A DNA stretch of 63,920 nucleotides, the filler included, from Dicyema japonicum (taxonomy: Eukaryota > Animalia > Dicyemida), in NCBI GenBank assembly GCA_011109175.1. It is 7 parts of 7 records of this genome, joined end to end, with 100 filler letters (N's around TTAATTAATTAA, not from the genome) between each part and the next. Parts side by side here need not be neighbours in the genome. Positions count along the whole stretch, not along the records: positions 13,734 to 24,738 come from RDEW01000111.1; positions 24,839 to 32,661 come from RDEW01000157.1; positions 32,762 to 47,574 come from RDEW01000118.1; 4 more parts are not named here. The stretch is one strand, 5' to 3'. A program made the translations under genes and the position numbers. Numbering within the stretch: position 1 is the stretch's first letter; every line of letters starts with the position of its first letter. The notes under the pieces were generated by a model. That model did not search any database and was not told the origin of the DNA. It worked only from the letters and a program-made list of their open reading frames with translations. Of the stretch, positions 24,127 to 36,789 are shown piece by piece.

Positions 24127-24738
24127 TGTGACATGGGCGGCGCGTTACGCATGGGAAGCCTGTTACATTTTTTGTCATTGAAAAGGTTTTTTGATTATCC
24201 GACATTCAATTTTTATTCGATATCTATCGTGATTTCTATTATGTTAGATTATTTTTTATTCATAAACGTTATGATTTTTTACGTTATGACTATAAAGAAT
24301 TTTTAGCAACAAACCTAAATTTCTAGCATGATATTTAGCTTGGAAGATCATTTTGTTGTAATGGGTCATAAATGGGTTTTGTGAAAGACTGCGTGGAATA
24401 AATCTGTATAGACTCTACGTTGTAGGTTAGTACGTGTATGTAATTTTAAGAGATGCTTTGGATAATAAATTTCCCGTAATTTTCCGAGACACTGTTAATA
24501 AGAAATAGAATGTTTATATTATCAATGAAAGCTATTGTAAATGTGCAATAAATGTAAAGATCTTAAATGCACTGATTCCAAGTTAGTCATATCTCTGGTG
24601 AATGAAACCCTAATGAAGTTCGTAGCGAAATCATTACACGAGTTTTCACACTGAGGATTAAATAAAATTGAGTATGAATGTCGACAAAGATACTTCACTG
24701 TAGAGAGTTAGATCATCAGAAAAGTCATTCGAAATTGT
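24127..24738 (+). mobile_element. Left end of a decayed Ginger2/KRBA2-like integrase element
   Basis: TGTGACATGGGC terminus with 18-bp units, followed by LHEFSH*GLNKIEYECRQRYFTVES*IIRKVIRNC (integrase HHCC zinc-binding-like); cut by spacer. Confidence 0.5.
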
Positions 24739-24838
24739 NNNNNNNNNNNNNNNNNNNNNNNNNNNNNNNNNNNNNNNNNNNNTTAATTAATTAANNNNNN
24801 NNNNNNNNNNNNNNNNNNNNNNNNNNNNNNNNNNNNNN
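24739..24838. other. Artificial scaffold spacer
   Basis: N-TTAATTAATTAA(24783-24794)-N. Confidence 0.97.
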
Positions 24839-26805
24839 ACCGAAACTAGACTATCTGAGCTAGTCAGGGACAAGGCGCGACTAGAAAGCAAAAGAAGGAG
24901 GTGTTTCGAATCTGAGGACTCCCGAAGTCTAAATACAAGAATCAGCACCCTGAAGAGTCAGATCGATGAGCTGACTAAAGCTAACACAGATGCGGCATGG
25001 AAGAGAGAATGTTTAAAACTGAACAAGAAAAATCCAAAATTCTGGAAGGTATTCAAAATAATGAGCGGGACGGAGGCGAAGGGTGAGGAAATCACACTTA
25101 AATCGGTGGATGGAGCCTTTGTTCCTACTGAGGAAGTCCCGGAGGTCTTCCGCCAGCAGCTAGCAGGGATTCAGGAGGTGGACCCTTCGACAATCTTGCC
25201 TCGGGAAGTATTCGAGGATTCGACTCGAAATTCCCGCTCAAAAGATGTATTGGATGGACCCTTGTGTAGGGAAATAACCATGGAAGAGACGATCGAAGCA
25301 ATCAGAGGTTGCAAGAACAATGCACCTGGATTTGACTTCATCCCCATGGAGATGTTCAAGAAGGCACCCGGATGCCTGCTTGGTATCCTGGTTAAACTCT
25401 TCAATGCCAGTTGGGACAATGGTCACGTCCCATCTGGCTGGAAACGAACAATCGTCCGAATGATCCCAAAACCTGGAAAACCGAATACGCAGGCAGGAAG
25501 CTATAGGCCAATTAGCCTTATCTGCTCAACCTCGAAGATAATGGAAAGAATCATTTTCAATCGTTTATCGGCTTTCGTGGAGCAAAATAATATACTCGCG
25601 GAAGAACAGTGGGGATTCAGACCCGGTCGATCAACCGGTCACTGTTTCACACTTCTTGAGGAAGAACTGTCTCGGGCCAAACTCCATAAAGCTTGCCTAA
25701 CGGCGGTTTGCTTGGACGTCTGCAAGGCCTTTGACAGTGTCTGGCACTTTGGGCTGTTAGAGAAAGTGGCGGAATCGGGTGCTGGGCGGAGAACTGTCAG
25801 ATGGCTAGAGGATTTCTTGTGCAAGAGAAAATCGTTCATTCGTTGTGGAAATTTGTTATCGAAGGCCGTGTACCTGAGGAGAGGGGTCCCTCAGGGATCA
25901 GTTCTCAGCCCCTTGCTCTTCAATATATTTCTGGCCGACGTCCCGAAACCGCATTTTCCTACGAGCAAACTGATTATCTACGCGGACGATATCTTGGTTA
26001 CGGATGTCTCGATGTGGGGACCCCGACACAGACGAAGGTTGTCCTGGAGCAGACTAGAACCGTACTTGGAGGAACTTGAAATCTGGTGCAATGGTAAAGG
26101 CTTGAATCTCGCACGGGACAAAAGCACTATTTGTTGGATTTCGATGGGTCGTGACAAAAAACCGACGTTCGAAGATTACGGGAACCTGATTATATCGCAG
26201 AACCTACGCTACTTGGGAGTAACAGTAGACTCCAAAGGGTCCTACAAACTACATGTGCACGAAAAGCGGAAACAAGGCGCGAAAATCCTAAAAGGACTAA
26301 GGCGTTTCCGTCTAAGCACAGAAACGTTCCTATACGTTTTCCAGACCTGTGTTCAGCCACTATTACTTTACGGTTCGGAGGGATGGTACCAAACGGACGA
26401 AAGTGATCTTCTCACCGCCAAACTCGAGAAAACCAGACGATTTGCCATCAAACTGGCATTCGGCCTGGAGCTCAGCAGTCCGCTGCAGGACTTGCATGAG
26501 CGGAGTATTACCACGATAGACGCGATCCTGTTCAAAACCCGAGTTCGTGGAGGGAGATAAGAGCAATCTTCCGGGGCAAAACCGGAGTTGAGACCTTCGT
26601 GGTTCTCGTTCTCAAGCCCCCTAGTGCTACTCGATAGACGCGATCCTGTTCAAAACCCGAGTTCGTGGAGGGAGATAAGAGCAATCTTCCGGGGCAAAAC
26701 CGGAGTTGAGACCTTCGTGGTTCTCGTTCTCAAGCCCCCTAGTGCTACTTCCTTGGCCACTTTTCTTTTTGGGCTATTGTATCAATAAACCATATTCTTC
26801 TTCTT
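24839..26805 (+). mobile_element. Jockey/I-group LINE, RT domain and 3' end (open 499-codon ORF 25061-26560)
   Basis: NAPGFDFI, IPKPGKP..SYRPISLI, QWGFRPGRST, LDVCKAFDSVWH, GVPQGSVLSPLLFNIF, IYADDI, RYLGV. Ends CATATTCTTCTTCT. Confidence 0.92.
26514..26749 (+). repeat. 118-bp perfect tandem duplication at the LINE 3' end
   Basis: CGATAGACGCG..AGTGCTACT at 26514-26631 and 26632-26749. Single copy in the related element at about 30840-30960. Confidence 0.9.
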
Positions 26806-27087
26806 NATATTTGTGCTAATTTATCATTACAGTTCACTTACTCGGAAAGATAAAATTCGAGTTGATATTGTATTAGGTAGGAACGGTCCTTGTTTTTGAG
26901 GAAGCGGAGCTTATATTCATTATGAAGATCGTATGGGTCCATTCTCAACGATTACAATTACAAAAGTGACGTTAATCTGGACTATATATCCCGTATTGAA
27001 ACACGTGAAATTTGCACAGTAGTAAGTCAAATTACGTGGGTTAATTTAGCTCTTGATACTAATTTTAACTTCTAATCATTCTAATTA

Positions 27088-27426
27088 GTGTTTTCTCGTA
27101 ATCAGTTATTAGGAAGCAANATTCCTAAACTCAAGTTTAATGAAATTGATGAGAAACTGGTAGCGTGGATTAACCTAATAGAGTCAAAGGGAGCAATTTT
27201 ATCGGTTTCAATAATCATTTCAAAGGCTCTTAAATTTGGAGAAAATGATGGAGCATTTAAAGTAAGCCGTGGATGGCTAGAAAAGTTTAAGACCCGAAAT
27301 GGTCTTAAGCTAAGAAAACATCACGGCGATATAGGGTCAATTAATCATAATGAAAAATCCATTACTGATTTCAACGAATTGATGATCACGAACTTACATT
27401 TCTCAAATCAAAAATTCAAATATTGA
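27088..27426 (+). mobile_element. pogo/Tigger transposase fragment (CENP-B HTH)
   Basis: IDEKLVAWI..GAILSVSIIISKAL..FKVSRGWLEKFKTRNGL. Repeated at 31376-31714. Confidence 0.8.
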
Positions 27427-27451
27427 TGATCACGAAAATATTATGAAAATA

Positions 27452-28708
27452 CAGTGAATACTCCCAAATTCGCCATATTTGGTTCCGTCATTTTTGCGGC
27501 GAATTTCAGAATATAATCAATAATTTTTGAGTAACAATTTACAATTATAATATCGAAAGGCACTCAGCTACTGGCCGCCGAGAGAATTGAGAAACTGTTC
27601 CCCCTCAGTACGGCTATTGAGACACGCTCAAAAAGCCAACTGAGCTCTCGGGGGTCGTTTCCAATTTTTTGAATGTAATCCCAGAAGCATTTTTTTGTGC
27701 GAAGTACGAAACCGAACTCGAGAAACTCTAATTCCCCTTATTCAGAATTATGTTCGTACAGGATNACTGTAATATGAAACAGAGCATTGATAGTCATAAT
27801 TTTTAAAACATCTTGGCATCTTTGGTTTTCCAATAAAAACAGGCTTTAGTTTGTGGTTCCCAGACATATTTGCACACAACATCACTGATACCCGATCCTT
27901 AAAACCTTTATATCCGCCAAACTGAGTCTTGCAAATACTTTTAGATGGGATAAGTTTGTAGAAAATCCCTGTTTCATCAAGGTTATAAATTTCATAGGGA
28001 GTATACGACTTCGATACATTTTGAAATTCATTTAAAAATCCTTCGATGTCAACTTGTTTATCAGTTTTCATCTGTCCATGCAATTTTCTCAGACGGAATT
28101 CATGTCTTTTTTTAAATTTGAACAAGAATCCGGTAGAGTTCTTAAAATTATCGAGAGAAAGATCTCGAGCAAAAATTTCGGCCTTGCTGGATATTAAGGC
28201 ATCATTTAGTAATCCACCTTAAAACTTTAAAAATATTAAAAATACATTTCGATTTCATCTGATCCATCTACTCGACAAGCTTTTCATCAAGTTCCGGATA
28301 TTTCAGCTGTTTTAACTTTTTTGTAGAGGAATTGACACTTTTATATTGTACGAAAATCCTTTCGTGCATGTTCAAAATATCTTTAATTGTCCTCCTCGAA
28401 ATATTTATTTTGAACAAATACGAAAATCTATCAGCAATTCTCTGACAGGATAACAGTTTATTTTCATCTTTATAACGGAAAATTTCAATTTTTTGTTGAA
28501 TTGTAAGTCGCGTGTAATTACTACTAAACCCACGTTTCGCTATGCTTTTTAAAAATGTATTATTTATCAAATTTTTATTTAAAAATTTTGAAAAATTGTG
28601 GCGAATTTCAGGATTGGCGAATTGCCATTAAAACTAGAATTTTTTTTAAAAAAAGGCGAATCTAAGAATTGGCGAATTTAAGAATGGCGAATTTGGGAGT
28701 ATTTACTG
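27452..28708 (-). mobile_element. pogo/Tigger element A, internally deleted
   Basis: TA TSDs and TIR CAGT(G/A)AATACTCCCAAATTCGCCA. Minus ORFs RLTIQQKIEIFRY (psq HTH) and IYNLDETGIFYKLIP..KDRVSVMLCANMSG. Confidence 0.92.
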
Positions 28709-28770
28709 TATTAGAAAATCAAATAAAAAAGATAAAATTTATGATTTCTTTGAAAAATAATTTTATTATA

Positions 28771-30171
28771 CAGTAAAGTCTCTCGAATCCGCCAATTATA
28801 ACTAATAAATTCTCCAATCCGCCATTTTCTCTAAGAAAATTTCTCGAATCCGCCAGATTTTTGTTAACGAATCCGCCATGGTTCTCAATTTTAAATAATT
28901 TTTTTAATTAATTTTACAGGTAAATAATTAATTTATTAACACGTTTTCATTGTTTATTGTTGTTTTCATGAAACGTAACTGTACACGATTAAAAAACAAA
29001 CAAAAAATTGCCATTTTAAAGTTCATTGAATCGAATATTGCATAAAAATTTCAGAAATTTTTTCCGAAAAATATAATGTACCTATTTCTCGTAGATCTAT
29101 TGATGATCTGAGAAATAAGAGAGGAAATGTGTTGAATAACTTAAGATCTGACATTTCTCGTAACTTGGATTAATTCAATGGATGCTAAAGGAGCTATTTT
29201 GAACGATGAAATTATTACTGAGAAAGCCAAAATATTTGCTTCGAAACGAGGATTCAATGATTTTAAAGGAAGCGAGGGGTGGCTTGTTAAATTTAAAAAG
29301 AGGAATGGTTTGAAGTTACGAAATATGCATGGAGAATCTGCAACTTTAAATTTTGNATTATTACTGAGAAAGCCAAAATATTTGCTTCGAAACGAGGATT
29401 CAATGATTTTAAAAGAAGCAAGGGGTGGCTTGTTAAATTCAAAAAGAGGAATGGTTTGAAGTTACGAAATATGCATGGAGAATCTGCAACTTTAAATTTT
29501 GACCCTAATGTGGTATCAAATTTTATTGAATTAATCAAAAATAAAATCGATCTCTACGGTGTTCAAAATGTTTATAATGCCGACGAAACTGGCTTATTTT
29601 ACAAAATGATACCGTCCAAAGTATTCACACATTATGCATGGAACAAGATTGATAGTTCCTTAATATTCAAATGCTTCACACACGCAAAATGGATTCAAAA
29701 CATTGAAAGTATAAATTATGAAAACCCTGTCATTGAAAATTACGAATATATTCTAGAAAAAATGAACATAAGTGATCCTTTAGAAGAGAAACTTTATATC
29801 GAAATTGATTACAATGAAAATGAAGAATTTGATTTGAATGATTCCGAGACAATAGAACAAGAAATTGATAGTGAAGAACCCCTAGAGGAAAGTCAGAAAG
29901 GTGTAACTTTTAACGAGGCTTTTCAAGCTTTAAATAAATTAAAAGAGTTCTATAATCAAGTTGAATTCTTCGATGTCGTAAATCTCGAATCCATTGAAAA
30001 GCTTGGAACTTCAATGATTCGAACTCTAAAAAAACAAATCAAAAATTACTGATTTTTTGTTATAAATAATTTTATTGCTTTACATTATTAATGGATGAAA
30101 AATCAATACGTTACTCGAATCCGCCAGATTTTGCCGATCCCCGAAATTGGCGGATTCGAGAGACTTTACTG
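28771..30171 (+). mobile_element. pogo/Tigger element B, internally deleted
   Basis: TA TSDs and perfect TIR CAGTAAAGTCTCTCGAATCCGCCAAT. ORFs FKGSEGWLVKFKKRNGL and VYNADETGLFYKMIP. Confidence 0.92.
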
Positions 30172-30424
30172 TATTTATTATTTATATAAATGAAATTTTA
30201 AAGATTGTATAGATTTTAAAGATTGTAACTTTGAATTAGAATTGATTATTTAATATTTAAATTGTCTCTCGAATCCGCCGATTTTGGGACCGGTCCTAAA
30301 ATCCAATATTTACTGTAATGTAATTATTAACATTTACTGTAATTATTAAATTTTACTGTAATTATAAAATCAAACATTCAGGTGGTTTGAAAATAATATT
30401 GCGCTGCTAGAGTGATTTAAAACT

Positions 30425-31012
30425 GAACCGTACCTGGGAGAAATATAAATGTGGTGCAGGGATAAAAGCTTGAGTCTCGCACGGGACAAAAGCACTATTT
30501 GTTGGATTTCGACAGGCCGAGAAATCTTAATTATATCGTGGAACCTACACTACTTAAGAGTAACAGTAGACATCACCGGGTCCGACGAACCACATGTGGA
30601 CGCAAAGCGTAAACAATGTGCGAAGATCCTAAAAGGACTGAGGCGTTTCCATCTTAACACGGAAACGTTTCTTCACGTTCAGCCTCTACTAACATATGGA
30701 TCGGAGGGCTGGTATCAAACGGACGAAAAGGACCGTCTAATCGCCAAACTCGAAAAAACCAGACGTTTTGCCATCAAACTGACTTTCGGCCTGGAGCTCA
30801 GCAGTCCGTTGGAGGACTTGCATGAGCCGAGTATTGACACGATAGACGCGTTCCTATCGAAAACTCGAATTCGTTGACGGAGATAAGAAAAATCTTCCGG
30901 GGCAAAAATGCAGTTGAGACCTTCGTGGATCTCGTTATCAAGCACCCTAAGCGCTAATTCCTTGGATATTTTTTTTTTTGGGCTATTGTATTCAACAAAT
31001 CATATTCTTCTT
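30425..31012 (+). mobile_element. 5'-truncated, diverged copy of the 24839-26805 LINE
   Basis: ARDKSTICWIS..AKLEKTRRFAIKL; same 3' end CATATTCTTC. Confidence 0.88.
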
Positions 31013-31096
31013 ATGAAAATAGTCAAGTTATTATAGTTTTATAATAAACTAGCTCAGCAGCTCGCTTCGCTCACCGCGACCTAGCTCCTGCAAAGG

Positions 31097-32661
31097 ATTT
31101 GTGCTAATTTATCATTACAGTTCACTTACTCGGAAAGATAAAATTCGAGTTGATATTGTATTAGGTAGGAACGGTCTTTGTTTTTAAGGAAGCGGAGCTT
31201 ATATTCATTATGAAGATCGTATGGGTCCATTCTCAACGATTTCAATTACAAAAGTGACGTTAATCTGGACTATATATTCCGTATTGAAACACGTGAAATT
31301 TGCACAGTAGTAAGTCAAATTACGTGGGTTAATTTAGCTCTTGATACTAATTTTAACTTCTAATCATTCTAATTAGTGTTTTCTCGTAATCAGTTATTAG
31401 GAAGCAANATTCCTAAACTCAAGTTTAATGAAATTGATGAGAAACTGGTAGCGTGGATTAACCTAATAGAGTCAAAGGGAGCAATTTTATCGGTTTCAAT
31501 AATCATTTCAAAGGCTCTTAAATTTGGAGAAAATGATGGAGCATTTAAAGTAAGCCGTGGATGGCTAGAAAAGTTTAAGACCCGAAATGGTCTTAAGCTA
31601 AGAAAACATCACGGCGATATAGGGTCAATTAATCATAATGAAAAATCCATTACTGATTTCAACGAATTGATGATCACGAACTTACATTTCTCAAATCAAA
31701 AATTCAAATATTGATGATCACGAAAATATTATGAAAATACAGTGAATACTCCCAAATTCGCCATATTTGGTTCCGTCATTTTTGCGGCGAATTTCAGAAT
31801 ATAATCAATAATTTTTGAGTAACAATTTACAATTATAATATCGAAAGGCACTCAGCTACTGGCCGCCGAGAGAATTGAGAAACTGTTCCCCCTCAGTACG
31901 GCTATTGAGACACGCTCAAAAAGCCAACTGAGCTCTCGGGGGTCGTTTCCAATTTTTTGAATGTAATCCCAGAAGCATTTTTTTGTGCGAAGTACGAAAC
32001 CGAACTCGAGAAACTCTAATTCCCCTTATTCAGAATTATGTTCGTACAGGATNACTGTAATATGAAACAGAGCATTGATAGTCATAATTTTTAAAACATC
32101 TTGGCATCTTTGGTTTTCCAATAAAAACAGGCTTTAGTTTGTGGTTCCCAGACATATTTGCACACAACATCACTGATACCCGATCCTTAAAACCTTTATA
32201 TCCGCCAAACTGAGTCTTGCAAATACTTTTAGATGGGATAAGTTTGTAGAAAATCCCTGTTTCATCAAGGTTATAAATTTCATAGGGAGTATACGACTTC
32301 GATACATTTTGAAATTCATTTAAAAATCCTTCGATGTCAACTTGTTTATCAGTTTTCATCTGCCCATGCAATTTTCTCAGACGGAATTCATGTCTTTTTT
32401 TAAATTTGATCAAGAATCCGGTAGAGTTCTTAAAATTATCGAGAGAAAGATCTCGAGCAAAAATTTCTGCCTTGTTGGATATTAAGGCATCATTTAGTAA
32501 TGCACCTTAAAACTTCAAAAATATTGAAAATACCTTTCGATTCCATCTGATCCATCCACTCGACAAGCTTTTCATCAAGTTCCGGATATTTCAGCTGTTT
32601 TAAAGTTTTTGTGGAGGAATTACCACTTTTATATTGTGCGAAAATCCTTTCGCGCATCTTC
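31097..32661. repeat. Near-identical second copy of 26809-28373 (pogo fragments); probable assembly duplication
   Basis: Sequence match including single Ns at equivalent positions (27120/31408 and 27765/32053). Confidence 0.88.
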
Positions 32662-32761
32662 NNNNNNNNNNNNNNNNNNNNNNNNNNNNNNNNNNNNNNN
32701 NNNNNTTAATTAATTAANNNNNNNNNNNNNNNNNNNNNNNNNNNNNNNNNNNNNNNNNNNN
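32662..32761. other. Artificial scaffold spacer
   Basis: N-TTAATTAATTAA(32706-32717)-N. Confidence 0.97.
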
Positions 32762-33756
32762 ATCGAAAATAAATCCTGTGCTTCACGATTAAAATCTTTG
32801 GCCCAGGAGTCAGACTCAAAAAATATCCCATCTAAAAGAATTTTCACATACATTTATAAACCAAAACGTTCGACATTGGCAAAAAACTTAGTCCGACAAA
32901 AATTATCGCCAAAGCCCTTAATTCATAACAAGGTGAGCGGAATATGTCAGATTCTCCGACATGTGCACACAAATTTCTCAATAAACTGTTCATGCTCCCT
33001 GGCAATCCAACTTCCGGACAAACAACGGACACAACCATGATATTGAAATTGGAACAATTCACAAGGCGGCAAATATTTGCCCACGGTGGTTATTTCTTAC
33101 AGAAAACAAATAAGATATTCCGAGAGAGTTTGGAACATGTGAAGGTGATTTATAAAATTTTTGACATTTACGAGACATTTTTATCAGCTCGTCCTTTTTA
33201 TCACTTTCCGCAAGCCTTAGAATAGCCGTTGGAGTTAGATTAGATCTTGTTATGAGGGATCCAAGATAGCAGAGGCACAAAATATGTATCATTTCGACAT
33301 TTTTCTTTTTATAAGTTCGGGGAATTCAGGTACTTCTATATTCGAGAGATATCGGACACTTAGATTGTATACGACATTCTAAAAATATTAAAACGAACAA
33401 ACTTTAGTTTATCTGAACAACCAATTTTTATTAAATCATTAGTAATTATTTTTAATAAAAAATTAAATTCTTGAATCAATTCTTGAAAAACTGTCACTTG
33501 TGGTGTTTCTGGAACATATTTTAAAGAAAATGATTTTATAATGTTTCCCCTTTGAGTTTCATTTCCTTCATTACAAGATTCATTCAAGCGGACTTTCTTG
33601 TTTATAAAATAGACTCATATACCTGTGACTGTGAATTACAGTTGCTACAATATAAAAGTCCATCTAGATCCTGAAACTCTCCAGAACCACAAACTGTACA
33701 CTCCATATAAAATTTTATTTTTATTTATAATATTTTATTAAATAATTTATTTAAAT

Positions 33757-34146
33757 ACTAGCTCGGTAACTCGCTTCGCTTCACCGAGTCGAGGACATGC
33801 TTGTTGTTTTTTAACCAAAATCCAGAAAATTTTTTTTAATTTTTTAGGACCTATCATGTGAGTCGAAGACATGCTTGTTGTTCATTTTAACCAAAATCCA
33901 GAAATGTTTTTTAATTTTTTTGGGCGGGAAGGTTTTAAGGACCTCATCATCGAGGATATTCTTGATATGTTAGATTTTTGGGGTGGAAGTTCTCGGAGGA
34001 CGTCATCATTTTGGACTTGTTCCCCATTATTGGCTAATTATAAGGGGAAAGGATTTTGACAATTTATCTGTATTTTGCTAATTTGAAGTTTGGTATGCAT
34101 ACACACAGACAGACACACCACACTATACCATTTTATTATTAAGATT
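33757..34146 (+). mobile_element. Non-autonomous Helitron/Helentron-like element
   Basis: 5' ACTAG with hairpin CTCGGT..CGCTTCGCT..ACCGAG; 3' CATACACACAGACAGAC..TTTTATTATTAAGATT. Related short 5' end at 31048 (ACTAGCTCAGCAGCTCGCTTCGCT). Confidence 0.6.
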
Positions 34147-34206
34147 TGGCGAAGATCTCATGGGTATTGTCATAAGCTGTTAATTTGTGAATCGGTTTTA
34201 AATTCN

Positions 34207-36522
34207 ACTCCGTCAATCATTAGTAAGGACAGATGACGGCATGTCTGAGTATTCTGCCAACTACGAATAAACGGACACCACAAACTCGATTGAGGGCGAC
34301 CATGAACTGGGAAAAGGGACAGAATTGCTGAGGAAGGTGGACATATGAATGTAGATGCCGTCGAATGGGCGATACTCTATACTCTCAGCAGGCACAAGAG
34401 ACCCGATGGCGGCCATATAGAGTATGTGAGCCGTCTGCTTAAGGAAGACAGTCTCACTCCCACTTTCATTGCGCACACTGATGACGTAGATGGGCTGCAA
34501 ATCAGCAGTCACCGTGTCGTTCGTGATCACGTCCTGGTTGGTTGAGTCCAGCAGTGGGTGTCTATGTCAGTCATACTCCTCCAATCTCCCTCTTTTTATT
34601 ATTAGACGAGACCCGTCGCCCAAACTTGACAACTTTGGACGGAATATTTGAATTCGCGGGCGACGTCAGCAAAGGATAGGAGGCTGAGTGGTTAATAGAA
34701 CGGGAACCAGTCAAGTTCTGCGAGTGGAGGTAAAAGTCGAATGAGGGAGTGAGCATTGAGAAGAGTCTTGTCCTGAAGAGAGAGGAGAATGTCGTACTCA
34801 CTGTCACATATGGTGAAGTAAATATCCCCATACACATCGTCCAGCACTCCAATCACCAACCAGCCTTACTCCGAGTCTGAGGGACTTGTAGTGCGCCCCT
34901 TCTCGGTGGCGAATTTCAGTTCGAACCCATCCGAATGTGCCAGTATTTCCTCATTCTCGTCCGTGAAGGGGAGATTGAGTAGAATCCCACCTATCGTGTG
35001 GAGGACTGACTCACGTGCGGGAGGTACACCACTTTGCACTCGGATATGCAAGGTGGGAGTTCCGATAGCTCTTTCATGGCGACTTTGGTCCATGACAAAG
35101 GACAGTTGGGAGTGGTCGTGTTTCACTGCAATGAACCAGAACAGTACATTCGTCCAATGCACCCGAATAGTCCCCACGGATGAGAAACACGCCTGTCTGG
35201 TTGTCCGATTCCGCCTGATCAATGTCCAGCACACATTCAAAGATTTCCCACAGTTTACTCAGGCCTCCAACCAAGTCAGTGCTCCCCGAGGACACCACGT
35301 TCTCTCTCCAGCACCCCACAATGTCATCACACACTGATAGTTTTGATGGCAGTTGCTGACAAATATTTTTTATTGTTACTGCAGCTTTTAAGGTCTACAT
35401 CACCGGATTGGACAAACCCTGTATAAATTTGTCCAATCGGCGCGGGAACAATGACCCGATTTCATTCTTTCTAGAACATTCTAGAACGAATAGAATTATA
35501 AATACAATTGGTGATGAAATGCGTTTCAATTGTGCTCTAATTTGGAAAAGACAGGTTGACTGTGATGAGAGGCGAAGAATTCGACCATATCATATCGTTG
35601 AGAGAGGAGCTGGCAGTCACTGGAGGCTGTCTCATCATAAAACGGAGTCTTTTAGTGCCGACTGATGACTGGCACCGATTGAGCAGTCCTGTGATGAAAT
35701 TACTATTAAAAATGACCAAATAAGCCGAAAGATTCCTTAAAGGCATTCCCGGCCTTGAAGGCGGATGGATGAGTCCTCTTTGAAAAAATGCCCAAAAGTC
35801 TAAGACTCAAAGAAGGGACTACTCGTAGGCCTCCTGGTCAAGGAAGTGGAGTTTGCCCTATTCGTGGGGGAACCAGACTTACAAGGAATACATTTTGAGA
35901 GTATATTTCGGAGGGTGTCCATCCATGTTGGCCAGACTGTGTTTTAAATTAGATTGGAGGAACCCAATGAGTGCCCGATGGCCCTGATCTGGTGGTCAGG
36001 CCAATGGGCAACCATGTTAGTGCAGTCGAGGTTGATCATGGAGGACAGTCTCCGCTCACTCCCCACCAGCCCGTCCTCCAGACTGACATTGCACAGTCGG
36101 GATATGCCTGTGTGGTAGTCTAGGGGGTATTGAGGGCACTCCACCATATTCGTGCGGACTCACCCACGTGATGCGACACGACTCGCCCGGAATTTCCTCA
36201 TAACTTTGAGCTTATACAATTACTATGAAAACTAACCAAATTGCAGTTTTTGATCTCATCTGACAATTTTTGAGGAGTTCTCGAACTGAGAACAATTTGA
36301 GTTGGTCCTGTTTGTTGTAGTACTTGAATAATCCCCTCTTTATACTTTGCATTGTATTGACGTAATCTGCTTCCTCTGGCATGTCCGCAATCCAATTCAA
36401 AGATTTGGAATTCAAATCATAAAAGGAGCCTCCAATTTTGTTGTGATCGTAGCATATTGATAGCACAATCTATTCTCTCATTAATATAATACTTCGAGAC
36501 AAGATAAGTTGCTTTCCGTCAT
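34207..36522 (-). CDS. MSH5: MutS homolog 5 (meiotic MutS-gamma subunit), 3' end cut at N34206; indel-rich
   Basis: MTESNLSCLE|IVLSICYDHNKIGGSFYD; LSSMINLDCTNM; HPSAFKAGNAFKESFGLF|GLLNRCQSSVGTKRLRFMMRQP; VLHTIGGILLNLP; FLKQTAHILYMAAIGSLVPAE; FMVALNRV. Introns include 36470-36492 and 35689-35716. Confidence 0.88.
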
Positions 36523-36789
36523 CCACTCCACTATTTACCACCACTAAAATATCAACAATATTTCGCGCTTAAATTCAAATTATTTTACATTTGCAGTCAG
36601 AAATTCAGTTATCTTTAAACTTAATAAGATAATGTTTCAATGCAACTTTTCTCTCACTTTTATTACAAAAAATATTGAATTAGCCAAATGAGCCATCTTG
36701 ACATGCAGTAAATAAATATTGAATCTAAGATTCATTCGCAATAGTATAGTTTATTTTAGATTAATAAAATTTAATTTTTAAATATTAAT

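Noticed and set aside
26807-32661. 1.6-kb segmental duplication of pogo fragments
   Set aside because: Both copies contain Ns at the same positions, which points to reuse of the same contigs by the assembler.
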